Shown: positions 10,540 through 21,336 of the stretch, piece by piece
Layout: every line of letters begins with the position of its first letter
How positions within the stretch are numbered: position 1 is the first letter of the stretch
Source: a virus
Length of the DNA: 64,000 nt
Virus record (IMG/VR): IMGVR_UViG_3300037423_000411
Location: 32,001 to 96,000 of that record
Strand: one strand, 5' to 3'
Made by a program: the position numbers and the translations under genes
Notes under the pieces: model-generated
What the model was told of the DNA's origin: nothing
Database searches by the model: none
The model's input: only the letters and a program-made list of their open reading frames with translations

Positions 10540-11502
10540 CTACTTGATCGTCTGTTGACACAACGGACATGTTCCTGCCTCCTTCAGTGTCTCGTGTAGT
10601 TCCTGTTCGGCTTCCTGAATGTGGATCTCCAGGTCGTTGATCTCTCGTTCCTTCTCAGCCCTGAAAGCAACCTGTGCGTTGTACCGCTTCGCCCAGGACT
10701 CAACTTCGTTGATCTTGGCCTCGACCTCTTCAAGGTCTTGCATGTCCCCCGCAACCGACTTGAGGAGACTGGTCAGCTCATCGGCCTTGGCCTGAGCACT
10801 GACGATGAGACGCTGTGCGCTCGTGTAACGGCCTGAGAGGTCTTCAAGCTGAGTGATACGTGAGGAGGCGTCAATGGCCGCAGAAAGCAGCTCTCGTGCC
10901 TCCTCGACAGCCTTCTTGCGTGTGCCGAGATCGGCATACTCGGTCTTCACGCGAGTCACTGCCGCATCAGCGTCCTTGCGCCTGATACCTGCGAGCTTCA
11001 GCATCTCCTGTCGGCGCCTGTTGGCCTCTCTGGCGGCCTCGGCAAGCATGCTGACGTTGGTGAGATCGCCCAGCACCTTCGCGGTAGCTGAGCCTGTCTC
11101 TGCCAGCAACCAAGGGCTGTCGAACTGCGTGCTGAAGAACAGGTCAGGATCGCCCTCAGGCGTCTTCAAGACCTTCTGCACATCGGCAGGGACTGTGGTG
11201 CCGCACTTCGCGTACAGCTCACTGTGCCCGTGCTCGTTGACCAGCTTGTAAGAGCTGACACCCTTCCCACGCTCCAGCTCTACCGCTGTGCCGTCGCTGT
11301 ACGTCAGTCTGAGCTTGGCTGAGGTCTTTCCTTTGCTCACGTACCCAGGACTGATGCTGTTACGTGAGACGGCCTTCAGTGCCCTACCGAACGCGCTCTT
11401 GCCTGAGTTGGAGTGCCCAACGACCACAGTCAACTTGCCCAACGGGATCTTCACGTCGTACAAGGACTGGAAGCTCTCTACCGCAAGCTCGCTGATGGTC
11501 AT
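10540..11502 (-). CDS. SbcC/Rad50-like ATPase, N-terminal half
   Basis: SFQS...GHSNSGKS Walker A, Q-loop (FFSTQ), coiled coil and terminal CPLC zinc hook. Confidence 0.85.
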   Translation of the reverse strand: MTISELAVESFQSLYDVKIPLGKLTVVVGHSNSGKSAFGRALKAVSRNSISPGYVSKGKTSAKLRLTYSDGTAVELERGKGVSSYKLVNEHGHSELYAKCGTTVPADVQKVLKTPEGDPDLFFSTQFDSPWLLAETGSATAKVLGDLTNVSMLAEAAREANRRRQEMLKLAGIRRKDADAAVTRVKTEYADLGTRKKAVEEARELLSAAIDASSRITQLEDLSGRYTSAQRLIVSAQAKADELTSLLKSVAGDMQDLEEVEAKINEVESWAKRYNAQVAFRAEKEREINDLEIHIQEAEQELHETLKEAGTCPLCQQTIK

Positions 11503-11731
11503 GCTTTACGTACGGACTTCGAGCCTCAAATCGGCAGACAGTCCCAGTGCACGTACCCCTGCCACTTCTCATGGCGAGTGATCAGCTCACCTTCTTTGAC
11601 AGGGTGATCCCCTGCGTCACACCACGAATCGAACGGTGACGGGAACACCTCACGCCGGTGCCTCGGATGCATGTCATCGATGATGAGCAGATTGATCTTC
11701 TGGCCGTCCATGTTTCTGCCTCCTGAAATGA

Positions 11732-11793
11732 GTGTGAGGTCAGCTTCGGGACTTTATGGGTTTCGTTCCCTTGTCTGGAAGCTGACCTCACAC
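11732..11793 (-). ncRNA. solo TIGR-like unit
   Basis: Perfect 16-bp stem gtgtgaggtcagcttc enclosing CCA-gacaagggaa-CGAAACCCA-taaagtccc. Confidence 0.78.
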
Positions 11794-13064
11794 GGTGTTA
11801 CGGCACCCTACGACGAACCCACGGACTCGGCCAGACGACACCGAGCAGGTAGGACAGAGCCAGGAAGAACAACCCAGCACCGAGCAGGTTGAAGTGCGTC
11901 GAGACGTCCACTCCAAACGTGTAGAGGAAGAAACACACAGCCGCGAGGACTGCGGAAACCACGCCTGCCATGATTACCGCTTGGTCGGGGCAAACGACGG
12001 GAAGCTCTCGCCGCCTACCTCAGGGTTGGCGTCACGGAAGACGTAGCCGAGACCGTCCTCACCGCGTGCATCGATCAGCGCCTGCGCGTCTTCCTGAGCC
12101 TGCTTGGCCGCAGCTTCCGCGCCGTTGTCGGGGGTAGCCGTGGTGCCGTCCTGCACAGCAGCCTGCTCGGCCTGAGCTTCGGTCACGACTCCCTGATCGG
12201 TGGTCTCGGCCGTGCGAGTACCGGTCTGGTCAGCTTCGACCGTAGGTACGTCAGGTGCAGCAGGCGCCGAGTACGCCGGTTCCGCGTTGTCACGTGCCAT
12301 CTCAAAATCTCCTTGGTCTTCGACCATGACGGTGCGCCATGCTCTCACTGGATCGGCCCCTACTTGCTATGTATGGATCGCCCGTTTTCCTGTTCCCACG
12401 CCTTAAAACGACGCTTGTCGTGTAGAAAATTCTCCACGAACCGGGTACCGAGGCAACACCATTGACCAGCTTTCGCCCGGCAGGAAGGGCAGTCGACCTT
12501 CAAGGCAGGCTGATGCTCCAGTGTCCTCATCTTCACGAGCGCCTGCTCTGCCCACCGTGGCGGATCGATCAGAAAGGCCTTCCGCTTGCTCGACCACTCG
12601 ATGTTCAAGACAGTCTGCCGCTTCGCTGCCATCTCGCTGAGATCTGCAACCTCACGAGGCTTCAGCTCGATAGGATCGCCCTTCTTCACTTCTGCACCGT
12701 GTTCCGTATCGCCGCCACTCGTGCACTCCGTGTCTTCGTCTTACCGTTGTCACGCGGCATGTCCCGGTACTTCTCAGCCCAAGCCTCGAACCGTGTGCGC
12801 TCACCTTCGTGTTCCTCGATCGCCTGAACCAGGTGCAGAGGACAGTAGTTGCCGGACATCGCATCGATGATGAGCATGGAACGCGTACTGGCGGCCTTGA
12901 GTGCGAACTTCGCACGCTTCCCGCACCGGTAGGCATCCGCCTTCCTCGGGTCGCCTCGATCGGCCTTCTTCACCCAGCCTTTCTGAGCACAGCACTGCAC
13001 ATCACCCGTGACCTCTTTGACCCAAGGACTGGCGAGAATCATCTCCCGCCAGTCCTTGTACTCG

Positions 13065-13847
13065 TCACTTGACTGTCTGACCATCCGGCTCGTCCTTCAC
13101 TCCGTGCAAGCGCCGGGATTCCTTCCACAGGCCCTTGAGCATTTCCTTGGACATCACCCGCAACGCGTCCGCGTGCCGGTGCCCATCGTTCCACGGTGAG
13201 CCTGGCTGTGCGGGCTTGCCTGACGGCCCGCAACGCACGCAGGGGTTCACATGCAACTTGCCCTCGGTGTGTGCCTTGCGCTTGTCGTACACCTCACGAT
13301 TGCCGGAACGAAGCATGCTCTCGGCAATCAGATAGGCCCGCGTCTTCGCGGTGGTCGACCAGTTGGCCTTCACACCCTTCTTGCGTCGCATCGCGTTGCC
13401 TTCGGCGTCCACGTGCAAACCGCAGTAGGCCCACAGCTGCGAGACCGTGCGCGGCTGACCGGTGTTGCCGTTGATGTACGGGTCACCGATGACACCGAGC
13501 AGACGCGCGGCCTGCTTGTCGCCCAGGCCTTTGATGCTCTTCACGTACGGGCCGAGCTTGTCGTTCTTCATGCGCTTGGTGAGCTGCTTGATCGCGGAGT
13601 CTTCCAGCTCCTTGAGCCCGTCGACCATCTGCGTCATGTTGCGCACGTCAGGGTGATCTGCGGTCAATCCGAACCCACGCTCTTCACCGTCCGAGTCGAC
13701 GGCGGTACGCGTGAGCTGCCGCAACCGGTTCTCGTTGGCGAGCCGCAGCCCCTCGATGTCATCCAGGATGATGGACGACAGTGCCAGGAAGGGATCTGCG
13801 AACGTCGCGAATGCTACTTCCTGTGCTGCATCGACAGTGTCTGTCAT
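13065..13847 (-). CDS. Nop/IS110-related RNA-binding protein lacking a nuclease domain (TasA-like)
   Basis: Coiled coil (RLANENRL), SIKGLGDKQAARLLGVIGD, TVSQLWAYCGL, RRKKG...NW and HADALRVMSKEML motifs; no N-terminal DEDD RuvC; GGAGG SD before ATG 13847; adjacent guide array. Confidence 0.85.
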   Translation of the reverse strand: MTDTVDAAQEVAFATFADPFLALSSIILDDIEGLRLANENRLRQLTRTAVDSDGEERGFGLTADHPDVRNMTQMVDGLKELEDSAIKQLTKRMKNDKLGPYVKSIKGLGDKQAARLLGVIGDPYINGNTGQPRTVSQLWAYCGLHVDAEGNAMRRKKGVKANWSTTAKTRAYLIAESMLRSGNREVYDKRKAHTEGKLHVNPCVRCGPSGKPAQPGSPWNDGHRHADALRVMSKEMLKGLWKESRRLHGVKDEPDGQTVK

Positions 13848-13872
13848 TTGGGTGTGCCTCCTTCTTTGGTTG

Positions 13873-14089
13873 CCCTGAGCGCGGCGAAACCTGGGTATCA
13901 ATATCCTTTGGCTCAGGGAAGATTGTTGCCCAAGGCGATGAACTTTGAGTGCTGTGGGGAATTTGGCCTCGGGAGTTCTGGACTCAGCAGCGTGCACTCG
14001 ATGGGTGAGAGCAGATGTGTTGGCCGCTGAGAAGTTTGAGCGGGGCAGCTGACGAATACTCTTGGGCGATCCTCGGTTCCTGGTCAGCT
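13873..14089 (-). ncRNA. TIGR-like stem-loop guide array, 4 units, directly upstream of the TasA-like gene
   Basis: Units 13873-13918, 13929-13973, 13983-14031 and 14047-14089; period about 55-64 nt; e.g. ccctgagCCA-aaggatat-TGATACCCA-ggtttcgccgc-gctcaggg. Confidence 0.85.
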
Positions 14090-14094
14090 CAGAA

Positions 14095-14649
14095 TCAGGC
14101 AGCCGTTCCGAGCACCTTCAGGTGCACCTCGATCGGCAACTCTCCGAAGGTCTTCACGTCGTACTCGGTGAGCAGAGCCGCGTAGCCGTGGAACCGAGCC
14201 GCCCACGCCTTGTTGGCCTCGGCAAGCTTCTCGCGCTGCTTCGCCGCGTGCATGAGATCGTCGTACGTGCAGTCCTTGAGGAACTTGTAGTCACCCTGAC
14301 CGATGCTGATGCGATCACGCAGATGCTGCTGCCAGCCGTCACGAATCGCAGCGACCTTGGTGCTCGTGGTCGTGGACTTGATCCCACCAGCGTGCTTGCT
14401 GTTCACGATCTTCGGGAAAGCCGACGCCGGGGGCATGTTGGAACGCGTCCGCGTCGTGCCCAGGTAGTGCCGGACGTAGTCGATCAGCAGCACTTCGAGC
14501 ACCTCGTGATAACGCGCCTTCGGGATACGTTTCAGTATCTCCTGCATGATCTCGTGAACATCGGTGAGATCGGTGTTGTTCAGGATGTCCGTCAGGATTC
14601 CCCTGAGCGTGAGCGTCGACATCAGTTCCTCCTGCAGTTGTGCCACCAT
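14095..14649 (-). CDS. hypothetical protein embedded in the TIGR-Tas-like locus
   Basis: GGAGG SD; flanked on both sides by guide units. Confidence 0.8.
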   Translation of the reverse strand: MVAQLQEELMSTLTLRGILTDILNNTDLTDVHEIMQEILKRIPKARYHEVLEVLLIDYVRHYLGTTRTRSNMPPASAFPKIVNSKHAGGIKSTTTSTKVAAIRDGWQQHLRDRISIGQGDYKFLKDCTYDDLMHAAKQREKLAEANKAWAARFHGYAALLTEYDVKTFGELPIEVHLKVLGTAA

Positions 14650-14675
14650 TTCGTTTACCTCCTACAACGTTTTAA

Positions 14676-14728
14676 TTCCCGACAACAAAGGTCGTATGGG
14701 TAACCGAGAGGAGCTTGGTCGCCGGGAA
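14676..14728 (-). ncRNA. solo TIGR-like unit
   Basis: ttcccggcgaCCA-agctcctct-CGGTTACCCA-tacgaccttt-gttgtcgggaa. Confidence 0.78.
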
Positions 14729-15258
14729 ACCCCTGGTCATGCTTCCTGAGTGTTCGTCCAGCCTGCGTAAGTCACTTCAGCCTCGTAACCACAGTTGACG
14801 CACGTGTGTGTGGTCTCCGGTGCCTCAGTAAGGTCTTCGGCCTCGTACACACCCTCAGGAGCGACGAACTCGACCTCTTGTGTGGTCTTGCACATGGCAC
14901 AGTCCACGAGCTGTGAGAGCCGCAGAGGCTCCTGGTCTCGGTCTTCAGGGTCTTCGTCCACACGTGCCATGAGATCTAACGTTCCTCGCCGGTAGTAGTC
15001 ACTGAATTCTGGCGTCTTCATCAGGCTCGCCTGCCGGGTTGTAGAGCACCCAACCAACCTGCATCGCCGCAGAGATCATGCGATCTACGATCTCTTCACA
15101 CATGTCCATCCGCTCACCCACGAACTCGTTGCTGTCGCCGTACTGGTCCTCAAAGAGAGACTCGGCCATCGCCTTGCGTGCAGGATGATGGCGTACGGCA
15201 CACAGCTGGCAGCCTTCCGGGCTGCCGTACTCCTCAGGGTCGTGCAAGCAGTCGACGT

Positions 15259-16155
15259 TCACTTGGTGGTCTTCTTCTCGTCGTCCACAACAACCACTTT
15301 GGTCACGATGCCGTCCTTGACCAACATCTTCTCCTTCGCGGGAGACCAGTCAGGCTCCTTCTTCTGGCGTTCCTTGACCGCGAACGTCGACCACGCCCGA
15401 ACATGTCCCTTGTAGGTACACGGCCAGACCGTGCCGTCTTCCAGCACGAAGACACGATCGCCCTCTGCACCCGCAGGAGACGCCGACTTGATCGGAGCGG
15501 ACAGACCTGCAGGCCAGTCCCCTGTGATCAGCTGCTGAGCCGTGTAGTAGCTGTTGGACGACAGTGACGTCTGTCCAGGCTCGGTCTCGGACTGGTAGTA
15601 GGTGCTTCCGCTCCAGGAAGAGCCGACAGGCTTGGTCGCGAGCTGTGTGCTCTGCTCTTCGAGTGGCTGCAGGTAGCCCAGCGCCATCAACAGACAAGCC
15701 AGCGACGGCCGGTACTTCTTTTCCAGCCGCTTCCGCGTGTACTCAGGCAGGTCAGCCAGACGGTCTGGACGGAGATTGTGCAACAGATCGGCGGCCTTGA
15801 CGCGCATAGCGCCCTCGCCTGCCGCGATGACGCGCTTGAGGTACTTGGTCTGCTCCTCCTGAGGGTTCTTGGTGACGGCCCACACGATACGTACCACCGA
15901 AGCAGGGAAACCTTCGTCCAGCAGCGTCTTGAAGGTCACCTTCGGGACGTCTTCGACCACATCGTGCAGGAACGCTGCCGCGATCTCTTCGATCGAGCCT
16001 CCCAGCAGTCGTACGCCCTGCGAGACTGACACCAGATGATTGAGATACGGCTGCTTGAGCTTGTCCGTCTGACCCTTGTGATGCTCGGCGGCGAACTCAC
16101 GAGCATGCGCGACCAGCGTCAAGCGCCCGATATCAAGAGTCGCTTCAGAGGTCAT
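15259..16155 (-). CDS. HD-domain hydrolase (RelA/SpoT hydrolase, Mesh1-like) with C-terminal extension
   Basis: HKGQTDK...PYLNHL, AAFLHDVVED and VKAADLLHNL motifs. Confidence 0.85.
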   Translation of the reverse strand: MTSEATLDIGRLTLVAHAREFAAEHHKGQTDKLKQPYLNHLVSVSQGVRLLGGSIEEIAAAFLHDVVEDVPKVTFKTLLDEGFPASVVRIVWAVTKNPQEEQTKYLKRVIAAGEGAMRVKAADLLHNLRPDRLADLPEYTRKRLEKKYRPSLACLLMALGYLQPLEEQSTQLATKPVGSSWSGSTYYQSETEPGQTSLSSNSYYTAQQLITGDWPAGLSAPIKSASPAGAEGDRVFVLEDGTVWPCTYKGHVRAWSTFAVKERQKKEPDWSPAKEKMLVKDGIVTKVVVVDDEKKTTK

Positions 16156-16295
16156 CGTCCGTGACCTCCCAGCAGGTAGGGCAGGAACACCAGAATCGCC
16201 GCAGCCTGCATCACAGCGCCTGACGCGAGGTGATGACGCGGTTTGCGGTGCCGTGCGCCCTGAGGCTTGCGATGGCGGCCTGTGGTCTTGAACAT
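16152..16295 (-). CDS. small peptide with tandem RHRKP motifs and a hydrophobic segment
   Basis: MFKTTGRHRKPQGARHRKPRHHLASGAVMQAAAILVFLPYLLGGHGR; GGAGGAG SD; ATGA overlap with the HD gene. Confidence 0.55.
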   Translation of the reverse strand: MFKTTGRHRKPQGARHRKPRHHLASGAVMQAAAILVFLPYLLGGHGR

Positions 16296-16993
16296 GTCTC
16301 CTCCTTCACTTCGCTCGCTGAGCGGATCGGATGGCCTTTTCCTGCTCCTTCAAGAGCATGCGTGCTGCATCCCGTACGACGCGAGCCGCTTCAGGAGAGA
16401 TCTCCACAAGCTCTTGAGCTGTCTTGGTGAGGACACGAATCTCCACCGCACGATCGTGCAGCTCTGAATCCGAGTCCAGGTAGGTAGGGAGCAACGGGTT
16501 CATCACTTCGTCACCCGCACAACCCACGCAGCGCCGAAGGTGCGCACCTCGCATTTGTAGCCGTGAGCGGTCAGGACAGTGGCGTACTTCTCGGCCCACT
16601 TCTTGGTCTCGATATACCGATTCGAGTGACTGAGGGAGCTAGGCCAGTACTGCACCTGCACAGTTCCAGGCACATACTGCTCAGTCTTGAAGCCTGCGGA
16701 GTACTCACGCAAACCCTTGATACGGCTCTTCTTGGCTTCGGAACGCGTCATGCCTGCGCTATTCAGCACTCGGCTGACCTGCGATGCTGTTGCCATCTCA
16801 ACGCACCTCGTAAGCACGGTTGCCAACCCACACGACATAAGGGTGCTTCTTCGTGAAGGCCTTCTTCGAGCCCAAGACCTTCCAGAAAGACCGGCCGTTG
16901 TCTTCAGTGAACCGCAGTCCGAACCACATTTTCCTACCTCCTACGCGCGGTGAGAGATGCGCCTTTCGACACACATACTGCCGTAGAAGGTTG

Positions 16994-17293
16994 TCACCTG
17001 TCAATACCAAGCAAGTTGTCTATCTCGGACCGCTCCACCTTGTGACCCGGCCACGTCGCATGAGTGAGCGGGCTGATGAGCTTGCAGGCGAGCATATGCG
17101 CACAGTCCTCGACCTTGGCAGGGCAGTCACAGTGCCACAATCCGACGCCACCGAACCTGACTACGTACGGGTCCTCGGACGAGCCGTAGACCTCGAACTC
17201 GGCCGTGCCACGCTGCAGGCTGTGGTCAATCACCTTGACCTTGCCTTCGAGAAGATACCTGTGCGCCTTCTCCTCGCGCGTCTCACGGCTCAT
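16994..17293 (-). CDS. SWIM zinc-finger protein
   Basis: YVV...WHCDCP...CAH (CxC-Xn-CxH). Confidence 0.75.
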   Translation of the reverse strand: MSRETREEKAHRYLLEGKVKVIDHSLQRGTAEFEVYGSSEDPYVVRFGGVGLWHCDCPAKVEDCAHMLACKLISPLTHATWPGHKVERSEIDNLLGIDR

Positions 17294-17679
17294 CAGGACA
17301 CCTCAGGCACCTTGACGTAGGCGTGCACCATCGTGCCGCCAGGCAGCCTCTCAACGCGTCCGAAGGTAGACGTGATGATGAGGTCCACGCCTTCCCAGAA
17401 CTTCTCCTTCAGCTCCCCGAACTCGGCCAGCTGATCGCCCTCCTGCACCTGCTCGATCGGGAGGTACCTCCACTGCCGCTTCTCAACCACGCCAATGCTG
17501 ACGCTCGGCCTGCTGAACGGCTTGGGCTTGCTCACGCATCCTCCTGCGATGAAACCTGACGAAATCGATGATGGCCCAGACGAACAGGACCACCAGTACG
17601 TACGGAAGAAGCGCCAGAGCCAGTACGCACAGCACACAGACTCCCAGCGCCACCACCATCCACAGGAAGCATCGACAGC

Positions 17680-18240
17680 TCACGACCCTTTGATGCGCTC
17701 CCAGGTGTGAGGGTTCCAGCTGTAACCCGTCGTATCTAGAAGGTCCGCGCTGGCCACCGTGGACAAGATGATGTCCGCGTGATCGAACGCAAGCGGGAGC
17801 TTCACGGCGTCCTTGAGCTTGAACCACCGAGCCTTCACCGCGTCATCGCCCGGCCGAACCGTAGGTGGCTTGCCATCCCACTTCAGCCAGTAGAGATACG
17901 GCAGGGAGATGCAGCGACCGCGCGGGTCACGATCGGGAGCGGACGCGGCCTCCTGAGGCTCCAACTCAATCGGATCAAGCTCCCAATGCGTCTCCTCCAT
18001 CAGCTCACGAGCTGCGGCCTGAGCCGCTGTCTCGGTCTCATCGATAAAGCCACCTGGCAGCGCCCATGAGCTCTTGTACGGCCAGTTCCCGCGCTCGATG
18101 AGCAGGACCTTCCAGTCCTTGCCTGGCTTCCTGTGAAGCGCCACCACGTCCACCGTGACCGTGATGATCGGGAACTTGCTCGGGTCGTACGACTCCAGGA
18201 ACGCCCGCTCCTCCTCTGATTCAGGGATGTACTCGCTCAT
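17680..18240 (-). CDS. Nudix hydrolase (ADP-ribose pyrophosphatase/NrtR-like)
   Basis: WALPGGF...AAARELMEET Nudix box, plus PDRDPRG and LAFDHADI. Confidence 0.9.
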   Translation of the reverse strand: MSEYIPESEEERAFLESYDPSKFPIITVTVDVVALHRKPGKDWKVLLIERGNWPYKSSWALPGGFIDETETAAQAAARELMEETHWELDPIELEPQEAASAPDRDPRGRCISLPYLYWLKWDGKPPTVRPGDDAVKARWFKLKDAVKLPLAFDHADIILSTVASADLLDTTGYSWNPHTWERIKGS

Positions 18241-19001
18241 TGCTCCTCCTTCCGGACCTTGAATAGAAAACCATTGGGAAGCGCCACTCGTAGCACGCCT
18301 TTGTTCGTCTGCAAGTCCACCCACTTCTCAGCCTTGCTGACCTTCTTCACGACACCTTCCTGCGGCACAGCGCCAGGGGGTGCCCAGATGTATGCGTCAC
18401 CAGGAATCATCGATGAATGTGTACTCCTCTTCTTCCGTCTTAGATGACTTACCAATCACTGTCTTTGCGCCGTGCTTCTTCCAATTACCGAGAGCAGTAA
18501 GTGAGGTTTCTGGCAAACTCATCTTCGCTTCGTGAGCTACAGCAGGGATCGCCCATGCTCCTACTGAGATGACTCCTTCGTACGAATTCATTACACCTTT
18601 AAGGTGTGCTTTGGAGACCAGGACAAGACCTTGAGACGTCGCCTTGTCCGAAAGTATCGAAGTCGCCTTCTTTTCCCAGAGACAGAGAGGCTTCGAATTA
18701 TCAACCGAGACATGGAGATCAATCCATACGGCGGTTGTCTTGATCTCGACTGCGCATTCGCCGTCCTTGAGCTTGTCCACCAGGATCACGCCATTAGGCG
18801 GAATGTTCTCCAGAGGCGCCTCACCTGAGACCACCTCACCGAAGAATATTTCCACCTGCTCTTGGTTACTGAGCACCTTCTCTGCGATGGCCAGTGCGGC
18901 GAACCCTGACATCCCGGTCAGACCGAACTGTTCCGAGATGCTCAGGATGGACTCGGCCAACTTCTCTTTCTTCGCCTTGCTCACGACCATGACACAACAC
19001 C

Positions 19002-19628
19002 TCAGCTGAAGGTCAGGAGAAAGTCCACGTTGTGCACAACGGTGTTCATCGTGACCCCGTGCAGCTTCTCCGCTGCCAACTCAGCGCGCCGGGCCATGAG
19101 CAAGGTGCCGAGCCAGTTACGGCCAGGAGAACCCTCCTGGTTCAGCTTGACGCCCCAGGTGTCGTCGTTCCAGAACGTGCCCTCGGTCAGCAGCGCCGTG
19201 CCGGTGTCCAGCAGCCACTGCCCCTCAGGACGCGACAACACGAACTTCGCCCGCAGGACAGCTGCCATCACGTCCAGCTTCACGCCCTCCCAGTCCTGGC
19301 GCAACGCGCACTTCCGACCAAGCCGCTTGGCAACACCCGGCGACTTGGCGCTCACGATATCCTCGAAATCGGACGCCGACACGGCCTTGAACGCTTGGAA
19401 CGCATGCTCACCGGTCTGGAACACGATCGGATCACTCATGTCCTTGACCGTGCCAGCCCACTCCACACCAGGGATGGTCAACGGCTCGCTCACGTAGAAG
19501 TTGGACAGGAAGCGGTAGTGGTTCGTCGGCTCCTTGCCCTCGTCTCCGTGGAAGTCGTCAAACCAGATGATGTGCTCAGGCTTGTTCAGGGTCGCCGGGT
19601 CGAAAGTCTTCGTCTCTTTCTGCGTCAC
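19002..19628 (-). CDS. NADAR (YbiA-like) family protein
   Basis: FLSNFY, EHAFQAFK, AKRLGR, DWEGVKLDVM...AKF, LLDTG, DTWG and GRNWLGTLLM. Confidence 0.9.
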   Translation of the reverse strand: MTQKETKTFDPATLNKPEHIIWFDDFHGDEGKEPTNHYRFLSNFYVSEPLTIPGVEWAGTVKDMSDPIVFQTGEHAFQAFKAVSASDFEDIVSAKSPGVAKRLGRKCALRQDWEGVKLDVMAAVLRAKFVLSRPEGQWLLDTGTALLTEGTFWNDDTWGVKLNQEGSPGRNWLGTLLMARRAELAAEKLHGVTMNTVVHNVDFLLTFS

Positions 19629-19952
19629 TCGTCTCTTCCCTCTCTTTCTTGTATTCATGGATGAACTTCTGCAGGTTGGCGAAATTCTCGGCTGCCGCGT
19701 CCTCTTGGACCTCGACACGAAGCCTCGCATACGCCTTGCTGGACTGGTACAGCAGCCCGAACAGGCCTATGCCTACGAACAGAATCGAGTAGGTCAAACC
19801 GCTGGAGACCAACGCTAAGACCGAACGCGTGTAGTGCCGAAGCGCGAACAGAACCAGTGGCATCGTCGCCACAGCTCCCAAGCAGGTCAGGAGGAAGCCT
19901 CCATACACGCGGCTGTTGATCCGCCGAGCACGCTCTTCGACCTCATCCAGGG

Positions 19953-21218
19953 TCATTCTTCCTCCTCATCACCACTCACCGACGACAGAAGGTCCCTCAG
20001 CGTCCCGAGATCGCTCTTCAGCTTCTCGTTGCGCTTCTCCGCACGCTCTGCCCTCGCCTGAGCCTCGTCAGCCATTTCCTCAGCCTCCAGGGCTGCCTGA
20101 CGCATCCGTGCGTACTCACCTCGGTCGACCAGGCTGCGAATCTTGTTGAGGATCTCCTCAGGTGTCTCCGGTTCGCGAGGTTCGCCGGTGCCCTGCTGAT
20201 CATGCACCCAGGTCAGAGAGCGTCGCGCCAGCTCGATGGCCAGTCCCTGCAGGTCCGACATATCGCCATCTTTGATGGCTACCAACAGCTCTTCGGCCAG
20301 TGACTCGACACGGTCTTCACGAGGGTTGTAGTCCTTCTCCTCGATCACCGCAGGCTCTTCACGCGTGAACGGCGCCTTGCTGTAAGCAGACTTGGTGTAG
20401 GTCGGGTCATCCACCAGTGGAATACCGGCGTCGGCCCAGTTGCCGACGACATCGACCTCGCCAGCACGAGTGTGCTTACGCCAGTGCGACGTAATCGAGT
20501 TCGGGTTGTCGCCACTGTAATCGCCGAACTTGCACACGTAATCGACTACGCCATCCGACCACTTCCGCTCGATGATGGTCTGGGACTCGTACGACTTGCC
20601 GGGCCGTGTGTCCGAGCCCTTGTTCTTGTGCGACAGATAGGGGTGCGAACTGACAATGTGTCGCTCTTCGGTAACGGCCTTCTTCGCCACCTGAGCTGCC
20701 TCCTGCTTCTCCTTGTGGTACTTGATCAGCTCTCCTGCAACCTCCTCGGCAGAGCCCTTGAATCCGATCTCGGTGATGTGATCGATTGCTTCGTTCACTT
20801 CTTCGGTGCTAAGACGCCGCAGTGGAATCACCAGGTGAGGCGGAAGATTTTCGATGATCTCCCTCACGTGCATCCCCACGGTGTCGAGCTTCCACTTGCC
20901 CTCAGGCACCAGCTCTGGATCAGGAATGCTCACTGAGCTTGTCATGGCTCCCTGCAAGGCTGCGACCATGACCGGGTCGCCGAACTTCCAGATCTTCTCC
21001 TTGAGCTGGTTCAGCGGACCTGACGCGTTTCTAGATGAACGTGAGAGATGGATAGGGCTACCACCCTGCTTTGCTCCACGGAGCGTCAGATTGCCGCGTG
21101 TAGCCTCGTGTCCCGTCCAACCAGCCGCCAGCGCGATCTTGATCAACTCCTGAGTCTCCTTACGGAAACCCTTCAAGTCGCGCGATGAGAGGTTATCGGC
21201 GGTTATGAGTCTTGCCAT
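19953..21218 (-). CDS. hypothetical early protein
   Basis: Long ORF; TTGACA-N17-TATAGT promoter and CTCTCAC leader; C-terminal coiled coil. Confidence 0.75.
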   Translation of the reverse strand: MARLITADNLSSRDLKGFRKETQELIKIALAAGWTGHEATRGNLTLRGAKQGGSPIHLSRSSRNASGPLNQLKEKIWKFGDPVMVAALQGAMTSSVSIPDPELVPEGKWKLDTVGMHVREIIENLPPHLVIPLRRLSTEEVNEAIDHITEIGFKGSAEEVAGELIKYHKEKQEAAQVAKKAVTEERHIVSSHPYLSHKNKGSDTRPGKSYESQTIIERKWSDGVVDYVCKFGDYSGDNPNSITSHWRKHTRAGEVDVVGNWADAGIPLVDDPTYTKSAYSKAPFTREEPAVIEEKDYNPREDRVESLAEELLVAIKDGDMSDLQGLAIELARRSLTWVHDQQGTGEPREPETPEEILNKIRSLVDRGEYARMRQAALEAEEMADEAQARAERAEKRNEKLKSDLGTLRDLLSSVSGDEEEE

Positions 21219-21336
21219 TCCAGCCTCCTTGAGGGTGTGAGAGTCCCTTCTGCTCGACTATACCTGGTTAGTTGACAACTGTCAACCAGCGGGACAGCAG
21301 GAAGCTTAGCGCGCTTCCTGCCATCCGTCACGTTTC

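Noticed and set aside
13065-13997. IS110 transposase / insertion sequence, with the 310-aa ORF as called
   Set aside because: There is no DEDD RuvC domain or IS ends. The upstream 50 codons overlap the guide array, and the SD supports ATG 13847.
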